IMG/VR virus record: IMGVR_UViG_3300044617_000226
Span: 1 to 64,000 of that record
Strand: one strand, 5' to 3'
DNA length: 64,000 nucleotides
Origin: a virus
Part shown: in pieces, positions 26,593 to 37,485 of the stretch
Layout of the letters: each line of letters starts with the position of its first letter
How positions within the stretch are numbered: the first letter of the stretch is position 1
Position numbers and translations under genes: made by a program
The notes under the pieces: generated by a model
Databases searched by the model: none
What the model saw: the letters and a program-made list of their open reading frames with translations, nothing else
What the model was told of the DNA's origin: nothing

Positions 26593-27923
26593 CAGTAGTC
26601 AAACTCATCGTCTAATTTGTTATGTATCAGATAGTTTTTAATGTTGTTGTGTTCTGGATAGATAGTGAAAAAATCTTCTTCCCTTATCTCGTCTAATTTC
26701 TTCGTGATCTTGCTGAACATCTTTAAAGATTCATGCATGTTAGGAGCACGATCTAATTCAGAGTACATGAACTTTATAGCATTATCATATCTGTGTAATG
26801 TATTACTTATTGTGGAATATTGATCCTGGAACTTTTTGAGCCATTCCATCTGATCTAAAAACAATAATTCGATCTCACGCTTTTTCCACTCGGGTATGTT
26901 TTTAAGGTTATAATATGGTGGAGTATCTAATGGGTTAATCATTATATCGTCTGGTTTTATCAGACCCAATTCCACCCACTCTTTATGAAATTCTACTAGA
27001 TTATGCGCATTAGGCCAACTCAATGTGAAGCCGATATTAAAGTCTACATGAGGACATTCTTGCATCAACAACTTTCTGTTCTCAACTATAGTAGCCCATT
27101 CTGTTCCCTTGCGCCAGTATTCGCCCTTGCTATAACTTCCATCTAAACTAGCATTGATTTGTACTCTAGTAAACTTCTTCCAGTACTCTAATACATTGTC
27201 GAAACCCTTGAGTTTGAAGTTTGAGAAGTTAGTATTATATTGTAATGATACATCTAGTTTATCTAGTTCTATCAATCTGTCAAGCATCTTATAATGATCT
27301 TCTTGCATCAATGGTTCCCCGCCTGCGAAATAGATTAATTCTGCTGTTGCTAGGTGGGGTAATATCTCTTCTAGTGCATGAACCTCAGTCTTACCGGCAA
27401 ACTGAAAACCATTATCAGTATCCTTGAACTTATCGCTTGGATATAACTTTCTATTATCTCCTACCCAACTTGTGCTATAATAAGGCCCGCATGTTCTACA
27501 TCGTAGATTACATAAATTGTTGAATCTAACATCGATATAAAAAAGTTTATGCTCTGCAAGTGATCCGTCAGGTCTAGTATTTGCTACGATGTCTTGCACT
27601 ACCTTGTTGTCTTTGAAGAACCTGTCATTGTATGCATTATAAAACTGATCACCTATAGTATGACGATTATTGCATATCGCACAGTGGGGGTGTTTTTCCC
27701 CGCGCAAAAACTGCAATCGCATGTTTCTTGTCTCTTCGTTATTCCATATTTCTGCTAATGAGTTTTCTTTCAAATTGCCGATCTGTTGCTGGTTCTCATA
27801 ACCATAAACACAGCAAGGTTTGACATCACCTCTAGTTCCTACATGTTGATGTACCCATGGAAAGATGCAAAAAGTCTTGCTAGTCTTTGCCATCTCTAAT
27901 GGATTAAATTCTTGATCGCTCAT
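26592..27923 (-). CDS. radical SAM protein, N-terminal twitch/SPASM-type cluster (CxxPW subgroup)
   Basis: FCIFPW...PCC...CAIC; CNLRCRTC; AGGEP. Confidence 0.92.
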   Translation of the reverse strand: MSDQEFNPLEMAKTSKTFCIFPWVHQHVGTRGDVKPCCVYGYENQQQIGNLKENSLAEIWNNEETRNMRLQFLRGEKHPHCAICNNRHTIGDQFYNAYNDRFFKDNKVVQDIVANTRPDGSLAEHKLFYIDVRFNNLCNLRCRTCGPYYSTSWVGDNRKLYPSDKFKDTDNGFQFAGKTEVHALEEILPHLATAELIYFAGGEPLMQEDHYKMLDRLIELDKLDVSLQYNTNFSNFKLKGFDNVLEYWKKFTRVQINASLDGSYSKGEYWRKGTEWATIVENRKLLMQECPHVDFNIGFTLSWPNAHNLVEFHKEWVELGLIKPDDIMINPLDTPPYYNLKNIPEWKKREIELLFLDQMEWLKKFQDQYSTISNTLHRYDNAIKFMYSELDRAPNMHESLKMFSKITKKLDEIREEDFFTIYPEHNNIKNYLIHNKLDDEFDY

Positions 27924-29214
27924 ATTCTATAAAATCCCTGTGTAATTCTGGGAAGAGGATCTTGAAATCTTCATTCCTTATAGTATCTAGTTTTTGTGTC
28001 TCTTTGAAAAATAATGGAATCAATTTAGATTCGTCTTTGCTATTCATCATAGTCATAGCATTTTTCCAAACATCTACATAATGATAGTAATCGTAATTCT
28101 TTACTTGTGTCTGATCTAGAAACTCTAGGTGAGCCAATATTTTTTCTGATACTCTTTGTTTTGTCTTAGGAGGTAATATAGTAGTCTGCATCCATATAGG
28201 TGCATGTAGCACATTCAAGTTAAAGTTGAATTTGTTTCCATTATTGTTAGTGAAAATATCACTCTCGCACATATGTCTGTGTAAGTCTATGGCTGCTTCA
28301 CAATTAAAGATGCTGTATACTGCGCTGACTCCATAATTAGCATTTGGTGCTTGTTCTTTGCTAGCCTTGATCCAATCTTGTGCAAGTTGCCAGTCAAAGC
28401 CTTTGCGTATATATTCTCCTTGCAGGCCCATTGCATCGATGCTGCCTATTATGAATACATTATAGAACTTGTCTAGTAATTTGAATGCGTTATAATGTTT
28501 TAATTCATAGACGCTTAAGTTGGTATTATATCTGATCTTTATATTAGTTTTACCCATGTCTATCAATAGTTGCAAGAATTCATAATGTTCTTCTTGCATC
28601 ATGGGCTCCCCGCCACTGAAATGTATCTCTGTATATTCATCACACATATTGACCATATCGATAAGATCAGTAGTCATATGTGGAATTTTTGTATTAGTCA
28701 ATAAACTTGCTTTGACGGGTAATCCCATCTTCATCACTTCAACCGCCCAACTTGTGCTAAGACCTGGGCCGCAACTACGACATTTGAAATTGCAAAGACT
28801 GTTGAATATGATATCTATGGTACCTAACTTTATATTTTTCACACTGCCGTCGGCATTTGTTTGTTCAACTATATCTTTAAATTTATTATAACCATTAAAA
28901 TTGGTATGATCCGGATAATCACGATAACGCTTATTGAATATATTGCGCATACTATCGATGCCGCTATCTTCTTCTTTCCAGCATCGTGAACATGAATCCG
29001 GTTTCTTACCTTCTAAGAAATCTTTCCTCAATTTATTCCATTGATCACCATGAAATATATCTGTGATTTTATTGTCATTCCAATTACCCAACTGGTGCTG
29101 ATGATTGTGGCTATAATAACAGCATGGCATCACCTTACCATCAGGTTCGGTGTGTATCTGTAGCCAGGGAAGACTGCAAAAATGCTCGGGAAAGTTGTCG
29201 TTTTCTAATGCCAT
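27904..29214 (-). CDS. radical SAM protein, N-terminal twitch/SPASM-type cluster (CxxPW subgroup)
   Basis: FCSLPW...PCC...CSRCW; CNFKCRSC; SGGEP. Confidence 0.92.
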   Translation of the reverse strand: MALENDNFPEHFCSLPWLQIHTEPDGKVMPCCYYSHNHQHQLGNWNDNKITDIFHGDQWNKLRKDFLEGKKPDSCSRCWKEEDSGIDSMRNIFNKRYRDYPDHTNFNGYNKFKDIVEQTNADGSVKNIKLGTIDIIFNSLCNFKCRSCGPGLSTSWAVEVMKMGLPVKASLLTNTKIPHMTTDLIDMVNMCDEYTEIHFSGGEPMMQEEHYEFLQLLIDMGKTNIKIRYNTNLSVYELKHYNAFKLLDKFYNVFIIGSIDAMGLQGEYIRKGFDWQLAQDWIKASKEQAPNANYGVSAVYSIFNCEAAIDLHRHMCESDIFTNNNGNKFNFNLNVLHAPIWMQTTILPPKTKQRVSEKILAHLEFLDQTQVKNYDYYHYVDVWKNAMTMMNSKDESKLIPLFFKETQKLDTIRNEDFKILFPELHRDFIEYERSRI

Positions 29215-29220
29215 GATGTA

Positions 29221-30513
29221 TTAGTAAATCCATCCATCAAGTTCGGGGAACACATTAGTAAAGTTTCTATCTCTACGATTGTCATATTCAGTAGTGAACT
29301 TCTTGAACTGATCTGTTCTCCATTCACGCTCAGTATCATTCATAGTTGACTTGCGGGCTTTCCAGAAATCATAGACCATAGCCCATGTTTCTTTCTCTAC
29401 GCTCTTTATCAAACTATCATTTTCTTTCATGAAGTTGTTAGTATCTTCAAAATAACTATCAGCACTATCTGGTAGTATGCGCAAATCGAACTGTTTAGGG
29501 TCAACTAATCGTGCGCAGTTGAACATGATATCGATACCATCTTTACGAAACTCAATAACTTTCTTAATAAATGTCTTAAAGTTGAAAACGCTCAACAATC
29601 CAAATGTGACCATGATACGAATAGGTACATGGAATGTTGTGCTGACTTTGCGAACAGTATCTTCCCACTGTGCTACATCTAGACCATCACGGATATACTC
29701 TGCTTGTGGTCCCCATGTATCCATGCTTGTATATACTTCAAGACCCTTGATAGTTTTAGCATTCAATAATGTCGTAGCCTTCTCAAAGAACATCTTTAGA
29801 TTCTTCTCAGGTACGCATAAGTTGGTGTTGATAACTAATGTCAAGTTAGGATTGTGGTTCTGTGCTACGAAATCTAATAGTTTCATGAAGTTGCGTGTGG
29901 CGAGTGGTTCACCACCGGTGATTCTTAGATAACGCAAATCTTTGTATGCGTCGGGTAACCACTTCCAGAATGCATCGATATATGGGTTATCATCTTCTGG
30001 CAACATGTCGTGCATCTTGTCTTTATGCACAGTAGGATCTTCGATAGGATAACTACCGAATTTACGAACTTCATGCTCCCATCGTGAACTCTGTCCCGGA
30101 CTGCAATAACTACATGCAAAGTTACAAGTGTTTGCGAAACTAATCTCTAAGTAGCTAGGATTGATCGGCTTGTCATAAGGTGCATTCAATATTTCTGCTC
30201 TGCGCTCAATAGCCCAGGACTCGTTAGTAAAACGCTTTCTATCGCTGATGACATCGGGGTTAATCGCTTCCATGTCAAAACAGTAGTAGCACTCTTTAGG
30301 CTTCTCACCATTCATCATCTGACGGCGTTGCTCAATCTTATGTCCAGTATTATGTAATGCTGAAGGGTCTTTGTCAGTCTCTTCACGCTTCCAACGATGT
30401 ATCGGTGGATGATAACAACTGTGGTTCTCGCCCATACCGAAATGCATAGTGACCATAAGCCATTTTGCCGCACAAAAACTGTTTTGAATCTTAATTGGAA
30501 TTTCTACACTCAT
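29221..30513 (-). CDS. radical SAM protein, N-terminal twitch/SPASM-type cluster (CxAKW subgroup)
   Basis: FCAAKW...SCYHP...CYYCF; CNFACSYC; TGGEP. Confidence 0.92.
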   Translation of the reverse strand: MSVEIPIKIQNSFCAAKWLMVTMHFGMGENHSCYHPPIHRWKREETDKDPSALHNTGHKIEQRRQMMNGEKPKECYYCFDMEAINPDVISDRKRFTNESWAIERRAEILNAPYDKPINPSYLEISFANTCNFACSYCSPGQSSRWEHEVRKFGSYPIEDPTVHKDKMHDMLPEDDNPYIDAFWKWLPDAYKDLRYLRITGGEPLATRNFMKLLDFVAQNHNPNLTLVINTNLCVPEKNLKMFFEKATTLLNAKTIKGLEVYTSMDTWGPQAEYIRDGLDVAQWEDTVRKVSTTFHVPIRIMVTFGLLSVFNFKTFIKKVIEFRKDGIDIMFNCARLVDPKQFDLRILPDSADSYFEDTNNFMKENDSLIKSVEKETWAMVYDFWKARKSTMNDTEREWRTDQFKKFTTEYDNRRDRNFTNVFPELDGWIY

Positions 30514-31688
30514 AATATTTCACCTAATTCTGGTATATAATCTTTGTAACTTAAAGTTCTTGCCTTGTCTACTGCGTTGATGAACTGACTTGCCTTCGTC
30601 AATAACTTGGGATCATGCTCTATCATTAATTTAGCATACAATTCATTACGCTGCCATTCATGCAATTTATCTTTATAATAATCCCTGATCTTGTCTTTAT
30701 AACTCTCAGGTAATGCGGCGAGACTTAGATAGTCTGGATACAATACATAATTGTGATGAGGTATCTTGTTATAATTTGTTTCTAGCCAAGTATTTAACAC
30801 ATCCAAATTCAATATGTTTAGTATGCTTACAGTCTGTGTGACATGCCAATATACATTATCTACTTTGTTTAATTTCTCTATGCTAGTGACAGTTTCATCC
30901 CATTGTGTAGGATATCTGATATAATAGTTTCTAATATCGTAATCATCGATGCTTGCATTGACTGTGACTTTCATGAATGACTTCCACAATTCTATCAGAT
31001 TATCAGGAATGTCCATCATGTTTAGGCTATATACAAGATGTACTTTTTGTGCTGTACCATTATCGATTAGATTTTGCAGATAGCGGAAGTGTGCTTTGAT
31101 CAATGTGGGTTCACCACCATTGATGTATATTTCTTCTACACCTTCGCTATACTTTGTCAACTCGTCATAGAACTCTGGATCTTCGAACCACTTAAAGTTC
31201 TCTACGGGTCTTAGAACGAACCAAGGTAAGTCTTTGCTTATTTTCTTTTCGTCTGGATACCATTTGCTACTACTATAACTGTTACAAGTCAAGCAGGCAT
31301 TATTACACACATTGCCTAAACGCAATTCGATATAACGATAATTAGGTCTCTTGATGAAAGATGTTTTCTCAAGTTGATCTATGATGTGTGCCCAGCGTTT
31401 GTTTTCGTACTGTCTTTTGCTTTCTAGTCCTGCATCTTCATCACGCCAGCATCCTTCACATTCGATAGGGCGTCTGCCGTCGATCATATCTTGTCTTACT
31501 TTGATAAACTTATCGCTGTTGATGACATCATCGAGGCTGTCATTATCTAATGTAACAAGGCTGTTAGTACCTTGTTTCTTAGCCCAACTAACTGCATCAT
31601 TATGATTGCTACGGCAACAAAGGCTGACACCACCGTTAGGGTGTGTCGCTAGATGCATCCAAGGTAGCACACATAATGTTTTACTCAT
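30510..31688 (-). CDS. radical SAM protein, N-terminal twitch/SPASM-type cluster (CxxPW subgroup)
   Basis: LCVLPW...LCC...CEGCW; CNNACLTC; NGGEP. Confidence 0.92.
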   Translation of the reverse strand: MSKTLCVLPWMHLATHPNGGVSLCCRSNHNDAVSWAKKQGTNSLVTLDNDSLDDVINSDKFIKVRQDMIDGRRPIECEGCWRDEDAGLESKRQYENKRWAHIIDQLEKTSFIKRPNYRYIELRLGNVCNNACLTCNSYSSSKWYPDEKKISKDLPWFVLRPVENFKWFEDPEFYDELTKYSEGVEEIYINGGEPTLIKAHFRYLQNLIDNGTAQKVHLVYSLNMMDIPDNLIELWKSFMKVTVNASIDDYDIRNYYIRYPTQWDETVTSIEKLNKVDNVYWHVTQTVSILNILNLDVLNTWLETNYNKIPHHNYVLYPDYLSLAALPESYKDKIRDYYKDKLHEWQRNELYAKLMIEHDPKLLTKASQFINAVDKARTLSYKDYIPELGEIL

Positions 31689-33082
31689 ATCTTATCCCAC
31701 CATTCTAACAATTTAGGATGACGGCTATAGATATCACGCAATGTTAATTTAGCCTCGCGTATCTGTTCTAGTCTATGAACCCAACCTTTACCGTTCTTAG
31801 CTGCCTGGCGGAATGTGTCGGGCCATTCTTCTTCGTGTGTTTTTCTAGTATATTTCAATGCTTCTAAGTTAGCGATCAAAGTACCATGACGCCATTCATC
31901 TGCTTTAGGTCTGATATAATCAAGTATATCATCGCATACTTCATTCAGTACTTCTCTAGGCCAACTAGTTGGACTCCACATGATGTCAGGATGGAACGCG
32001 AATGTGATCTTTGTCTCAATCTTTACGCCCAACTCATTACTCAAATCAAACAAATCTTTCAATGCGAACATACCGGGTGCTGTGATAGTCAAATCTAATA
32101 CCATCTTTTGTCTGCCACCGGGCAATTCACAACCACGCTTGAAGTTTTCTAACCAACGATCCCACTTGATACCTGTGCGTATATATTCAACGATTTCACC
32201 CGTGCCGTCAATACTTGCGCACATCATCCAATCTTTGAAATGCGGTAGATAATCAAATAAGTTCTTATCACCAAATTGAACGCGGCTTAAGTTACTATTG
32301 TATCGCATGAAACAATTCTTTGCGCTACCATTCTTTAACATTTCTTCCAATGTCCACCAATGCACATCATACATCAATGGCTCGCCACCTACCCAGTACA
32401 TTTCTTCAACGATACCGCGACTTACTGCATCACGAAACTCTGGCTCGACAACCTCAGTCTGGAACTTCTCCATAGCAGTCTTGATCTCTGGGACCATGAA
32501 TGGTTGATTCTTGGGAGTCCACATATTGTTGATCTTCTTTTCAGATTCCCATGAACTGCTTAACTGCTCACCGCACATGCGGCATTTGAAATTACATAGA
32601 TTGCTGAAACGGTAATCGAATGATATAGGTTCCATAGTGGTATGACCTGTATCATCGGTCTTGTCGAATGCCTCTTGTATCTTATGCTTGAATAGTGTGC
32701 CTGTGAACCATCCGCGATAACTGTGACCTTCCATCAATAGATTCTTGTTACAGACATCGCATTGTGGAATCTCTTCTCCGCGCATTAACTTTACACGGAT
32801 ATCACGCATATATGGACTGTTCCAATGTTCTTTCAATGACATTGGTCTATATTTGTCTAGTGATGTCTCACTATCCTTTACTGCGCCATAACGCTCATCA
32901 TTACTGCTGTCGATATATTGCTTTTGAAAACTATGTTCTTCACGGCTAGCACAACATAATCTGCGTTCGCTTTGTGGACTTATGTATGTGTGCGTCCATG
33001 GAGCCATGCAAAAGACTTTGTTTTCGCTGTCTTTTGCTGGCTTCGCATCATCACCCCATATCGGAATTATCTTATTTGTCAT
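31685..33082 (-). CDS. radical SAM protein, N-terminal twitch/SPASM-type cluster (CxxPW subgroup)
   Basis: FCMAPW...LCC...CDVC; CNFKCRMC; VGGEP. Confidence 0.92.
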   Translation of the reverse strand: MTNKIIPIWGDDAKPAKDSENKVFCMAPWTHTYISPQSERRLCCASREEHSFQKQYIDSSNDERYGAVKDSETSLDKYRPMSLKEHWNSPYMRDIRVKLMRGEEIPQCDVCNKNLLMEGHSYRGWFTGTLFKHKIQEAFDKTDDTGHTTMEPISFDYRFSNLCNFKCRMCGEQLSSSWESEKKINNMWTPKNQPFMVPEIKTAMEKFQTEVVEPEFRDAVSRGIVEEMYWVGGEPLMYDVHWWTLEEMLKNGSAKNCFMRYNSNLSRVQFGDKNLFDYLPHFKDWMMCASIDGTGEIVEYIRTGIKWDRWLENFKRGCELPGGRQKMVLDLTITAPGMFALKDLFDLSNELGVKIETKITFAFHPDIMWSPTSWPREVLNEVCDDILDYIRPKADEWRHGTLIANLEALKYTRKTHEEEWPDTFRQAAKNGKGWVHRLEQIREAKLTLRDIYSRHPKLLEWWDKI

Positions 33083-34613
33083 TTTCTAAGTCAGGGTTGA
33101 CGAACACTTCCTTGCTAGGATCTTCAGGTGGATGCTCTGGTACTAAGTCCATACCTTCACGATAGTTACCTGTGATGATCTCTGCACTAGTAGGTACTTC
33201 AGTATCGATACTGTCGAACCAATCAACGAATTCCTGGGGGAAAGTCTCACGGAAATTCTTTGCACGGCGTACATCATACTGACTATAGAACTGTTTGAAG
33301 TCTCGTTTATTCTGCTCAGGATCCTTCACATTCTTGTGAGGAGTCTTGATGACGTCAAGATAGTCAATCAATCTTTGAGTCTGCTCACGCTCAATAGCAG
33401 TCAACAATGGTTCACCGTTTGTAGTCTTCTCGTTGAGATGAACATAATGATTCAACCAATGTTGTAATTTTTCGCTATACTTCTGACGAATCTCCATAGG
33501 CAACATCGCGCAACTCTGGAAACTTGGGAAACGCAAGATGTTCAATGACATAGTTGGATATGTAGAATCATGCTTACGCTTGAAGTTCATGATCTCTGTC
33601 ATGAATTCTGTGATGCTCGACAAGCAGAGGCTATTGATAGTCATCATGATATGTGTGCGCTTGACATTGCCTTCTGTGTGCAATCTTTCTAGGTTGCGCA
33701 ACCATATATCCCAATTGAATCCATCGCGGATATACTCAGCATGTTTGCCGGTCGCTTCACAGCTAGTATAAACTTCTAGCCAAGGAACATAATGGCTCAA
33801 TTCGATAAAACGATCCATGATGTCATCTTTAGGTACGAGGTTACTATTGATAGCATAACGCATGACCTTGCCGTCTGGACGATTCTTTACACGCTCTTGA
33901 TTTGCTTTGAACCATTCGAACAACTTCCATACACCGGCAGCCATTAATGGCTCACCGCCAGTGATACGAATCTCTTCTAGGTTATCAGCAAGACCATTCT
34001 CTTGTTCCCACCAGCGCCAGAACGCTTGTGTGTATGGGTTCACATCATCAGGCAGTGGCTTGGCATGATCTGCTTTGTTGATGAAGTGACTACGGGCGTC
34101 ACCGTTGATGTTACGATATGGTCCGAACTTGACGATATCCTTTACCCATGTCGTGCTGAAACTTGGATTGCAGTATGAACATGCGAAATTACAAGTTCTA
34201 TCGAATGCGATCTCAAGTGTACGCAACATAGTATTTTCTTGCCAGTCTGCTTTGGCAGTCTGTGCGATATACTCTTCTTGGTGTACAGCAGTCTTATATA
34301 CACGGTCTGAGATAGATCCGCGACCTAGGTCTTCGATCTTCCAACAATATTCACATTCTTGTGGACGAGTACCTTCCTGCATCATTTTACGCATCAATTT
34401 CTTGTGCGGAGTATTATGAATAGCAGTTGGGTTATCTTTCAACTCATTAGCATCGATCTGATGTCCTAATGGGTGGTGACAACTTGCTGTCTGTCCATTG
34501 CCTAACCAAATAGTAGCGTTTAGCCACTTGGCTGCACAATAACTATCGCTAACGATGTCAATGACTCGCTTCTTATAGTCTGCGTATGTTTCTTCCGGTC
34601 TTTTACCTGCCAT
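33072..34613 (-). CDS. radical SAM protein, N-terminal twitch/SPASM-type cluster (CxAKW subgroup)
   Basis: YCAAKW...SCHHP...CEYCW; CNFACSYC; TGGEP. Confidence 0.92.
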   Translation of the reverse strand: MAGKRPEETYADYKKRVIDIVSDSYCAAKWLNATIWLGNGQTASCHHPLGHQIDANELKDNPTAIHNTPHKKLMRKMMQEGTRPQECEYCWKIEDLGRGSISDRVYKTAVHQEEYIAQTAKADWQENTMLRTLEIAFDRTCNFACSYCNPSFSTTWVKDIVKFGPYRNINGDARSHFINKADHAKPLPDDVNPYTQAFWRWWEQENGLADNLEEIRITGGEPLMAAGVWKLFEWFKANQERVKNRPDGKVMRYAINSNLVPKDDIMDRFIELSHYVPWLEVYTSCEATGKHAEYIRDGFNWDIWLRNLERLHTEGNVKRTHIMMTINSLCLSSITEFMTEIMNFKRKHDSTYPTMSLNILRFPSFQSCAMLPMEIRQKYSEKLQHWLNHYVHLNEKTTNGEPLLTAIEREQTQRLIDYLDVIKTPHKNVKDPEQNKRDFKQFYSQYDVRRAKNFRETFPQEFVDWFDSIDTEVPTSAEIITGNYREGMDLVPEHPPEDPSKEVFVNPDLENDK

Positions 34614-34620
34614 ATTATCC

Positions 34621-36186
34621 TCAATTTTGTGTATATGCTTTCACACACTCTTTCCAATAGTTCTTAAACTCAGGAAAGGTGAGTAAAAAGTTAGTGCCCC
34701 GTCTTTTGTCAAACTCTTTAATGAAAAGATAGAAATTTCTTTTATTTATAGACTTTTGATTTTGGGGTAAAGATTCCTTCATCACAGCCAAATCTCGCTT
34801 GACTTTAAGAATCTCATAGGGCTTGAACCCCTCGAATGTCTCAAGGTAATCATCACCCTGTACATTATCTTCCATGAACTTTAAGCAACGCTCTACTTCT
34901 TCTATCTCTTTCTCCGTCGCATTGGTCACGCTGAACCAAGGAGGGAAACGCAGTATAGGGATGTCAAAGAACACTCTTTGGAACTTCTTTTGTGTGTAAA
35001 CTTTATGCACGATTCCATGCTCTTTTTCTGTTTCAGTTTGCTCGGGCGCTATAGTGAATTCTGTCTGCGCACGACCACCGAATTCACGGCGTAGTTCCAA
35101 TATCATCTCTAAGAACTTGTATAGGCTAGGGATGCTCAACAAGTTAAAAGTATTGATGAAACTCACAGTGGTATACTTTGTTTCACGCAAGAAAGTCCTG
35201 ATATTATTCAGCATCCTATCAAATTCTAGGCCTGTACGCATATATTCTGCTTGTGGGCCTACACCGTCTAGTGATACGAATAACCAGAAATGCTTGAAGC
35301 CTTTGTCTACATACCAGTGATTTCCGCTGAACTCATTGAAGTTTTCCTTGTCTTCATATGTACGCAACTCTTCGATAGCCTTGACCTTCTCAAGGAACTT
35401 GTCGAATAGTTTCTGATCGGGCGGGCACATGTTGCTTGTGATGCTCAACTCAAGTTGACCATGTGGATTATTGTTCACATAGTCTAATACCTTGAATGTG
35501 TTCTTATCCATGAGTGGCTCACCACCTGTCATGCGGAACACACGCAACTTTCTATAGATAGTAGGCCACCATTTCCAGAATGCCTCGACATAAGGATTTT
35601 CCTTCTGTGCTACTCTGATGGGCATGAGTCCCTTTTGTTCTAATGATGGTAGATCATTATGAACATAATTATCTAATACGAATCCGCCATACTTTCGTAC
35701 TTCTTCTTCCCATGATGTTGACAAATGTGGGCTACAATACATACACTTGAAATTACATGCTTGATTAAAGTTCACTTCAACATAGCGGGGAGTCACATCA
35801 TAGTCCCAAGGATTACCGGTGACTTCATCAAATGTAGGTGCGTTCCACCATTCACTACTGCGATAATGACGATCACTCAAATGTCCTTTGGGGTCTTCAC
35901 TTTGTGCGTCTTCTACTCGCCAGCAATATGCGCAGCCATCAGGGCGTTTGCCCTCAATCATCATCTTGCGCTCTGCTATCTTCTGCGGCGTGTTGTGTAG
36001 TGCGCTTGGTTGCTTTTCTAGTAATTCGACAGGTATCTTGTGTGTAGGTGGATGATAACAACTCTGTGTCAATCCTTGCGGTAAGTGTAAACTAACCTGT
36101 TGCCATTTTGCTAGGCATAAAGAAGGACTGACCGCATTTAAGCGGTCTCGCATGTCCCTAGCAAATTGATCGTATTCTCCTGCCAT
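34621..36186 (-). CDS. radical SAM protein, N-terminal twitch/SPASM-type cluster (CxAKW subgroup)
   Basis: LCLAKW...SCYHP...CAYCW; CNFKCMYC; TGGEP. Confidence 0.92.
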   Translation of the reverse strand: MAGEYDQFARDMRDRLNAVSPSLCLAKWQQVSLHLPQGLTQSCYHPPTHKIPVELLEKQPSALHNTPQKIAERKMMIEGKRPDGCAYCWRVEDAQSEDPKGHLSDRHYRSSEWWNAPTFDEVTGNPWDYDVTPRYVEVNFNQACNFKCMYCSPHLSTSWEEEVRKYGGFVLDNYVHNDLPSLEQKGLMPIRVAQKENPYVEAFWKWWPTIYRKLRVFRMTGGEPLMDKNTFKVLDYVNNNPHGQLELSITSNMCPPDQKLFDKFLEKVKAIEELRTYEDKENFNEFSGNHWYVDKGFKHFWLFVSLDGVGPQAEYMRTGLEFDRMLNNIRTFLRETKYTTVSFINTFNLLSIPSLYKFLEMILELRREFGGRAQTEFTIAPEQTETEKEHGIVHKVYTQKKFQRVFFDIPILRFPPWFSVTNATEKEIEEVERCLKFMEDNVQGDDYLETFEGFKPYEILKVKRDLAVMKESLPQNQKSINKRNFYLFIKEFDKRRGTNFLLTFPEFKNYWKECVKAYTQN

Positions 36187-37178
36187 TACCAGCCTTCGAT
36201 CCTTCTGATCACATCCATCTCTGTGACAAGCGGTCCTAGATTATGCTTATCACTATTATAATGACGCTTGAAGAATTTGCTTTGCTCAGGTGACAATGTA
36301 CAGATAGGCAAGCCTAACTTATTTTCTAAGTGCGCGCCTGCATCTTCCATAGCGACTTTAGGATCTTTACCTTCAGCATATTCTTTCCATAACTCAGGAT
36401 AGTTATCGAACCACTGAACATTTGTGTGATCCCATTCACTCAACATAGTTAAGTATGTTCCCAATCTTGCGCCATACATAGCCCAATAACCGTTCTCAAC
36501 ATCACTACCAACATTCTGCCAGATAGTGAGATTATTCAAGTTTCTGCTAGCCACTGTCTCTTTGAATTCTTCTACTGTAGGTACAGCGCCTTTATTCAAG
36601 CACATCTTGACACCTTCACGAAAGCCTGCACGCCATGCTTGAAAAGGTGTATAGTTAGGATATGTTGTTGAATAGCAATCATACATAGCCCAATAGAGGC
36701 TGTCTTTGCTATCTAAACAGAAATCAGCGATTCGTGATACATCGCCTTCAGTCTGATGCTCATGTGTCTTCATCTCACGCACATAAGTCTTAGTCCAACT
36801 GCTCATGCCACCATTGCCATAACGCAGTCCATTGATAGCATTGATCGCTTTCCAGCGAAACTGTGCTAATTTGAATTTAGGATCTTTGTCTGTGAAGTCT
36901 AACTGAATGTTGAAGAAACTCTCGTCAGGCATATTGTCGCCGTCGATCAATATGAATCTTTCTGTGTCGCTTGCTTCACCTGCGGCTTTGTGTGCGGCAT
37001 CGCTACCCTTGACACCGTCTACGCGCTTTGCCCAAGGAACCATGTTTTGAATTTGTAGCCAGAATTCTTCTTTCTGTGGCTCATCATAACTTAGGTAAAT
37101 GCAGTCGAGTTCTGCAACATCTACAATATCATAACTCATGTGTATGTAACTTCCATTTTTGTTGATCTGCGTAGTCAC
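36186..37178 (-). CDS. putative GT-A-fold glycosyltransferase
   Basis: LDCIYLSYDE, RVDGVKGSDAAHKAA, FILIDGDN (DxD), YGNGG, AWRAGFREGVKM. True start may be the ATG at 37139 (MSYDIV). Confidence 0.65.
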   Translation of the reverse strand: MTTQINKNGSYIHMSYDIVDVAELDCIYLSYDEPQKEEFWLQIQNMVPWAKRVDGVKGSDAAHKAAGEASDTERFILIDGDNMPDESFFNIQLDFTDKDPKFKLAQFRWKAINAINGLRYGNGGMSSWTKTYVREMKTHEHQTEGDVSRIADFCLDSKDSLYWAMYDCYSTTYPNYTPFQAWRAGFREGVKMCLNKGAVPTVEEFKETVASRNLNNLTIWQNVGSDVENGYWAMYGARLGTYLTMLSEWDHTNVQWFDNYPELWKEYAEGKDPKVAMEDAGAHLENKLGLPICTLSPEQSKFFKRHYNSDKHNLGPLVTEMDVIRRIEGW

Positions 37179-37485
37179 TATTTACTACCACGCTGACATC
37201 TGTTTTTGCAGTAGGTTGACCTTCATCGTCTGGCTTGAGTTTAGAGTAAGTCATACCTGGAATGATCTTTTTGATCTGACCATCAACTACTTTGATATCG
37301 TAGCGCATCTCGGCAAAAGTATTCTTATCGATTATGATATACTTGCCTTCTGGTTTTTCGCAGGTATAAAAGTCTACACTACCATCGTCTTTGTAGTATA
37401 GTCTAAATTCAACGGGTTCTGGTACAGTCTCTTCAGCCACTAGATATTCTACCCCGTTTATCTCTATTACTTTAAGTCTTTCCAT
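37129..37485 (-). CDS. hypothetical phage protein (118 aa)
   Basis: In-operon ORF overlapping both neighbours. Confidence 0.7.
   Translation of the reverse strand: MERLKVIEINGVEYLVAEETVPEPVEFRLYYKDDGSVDFYTCEKPEGKYIIIDKNTFAEMRYDIKVVDGQIKKIIPGMTYSKLKPDDEGQPTAKTDVSVVVNSDYADQQKWKLHTHEL

Noticed and set aside
25339-36186. MoaA/PqqE/QueE/NrdG cofactor-biosynthesis or 7-deazaguanine DNA-modification genes
   Set aside because: Partner genes (moaC, pqqA-D, queC/queD/folE, dpdA, nrdD) are absent from the window and the N-terminal Cys-cluster layout does not fit those enzymes.
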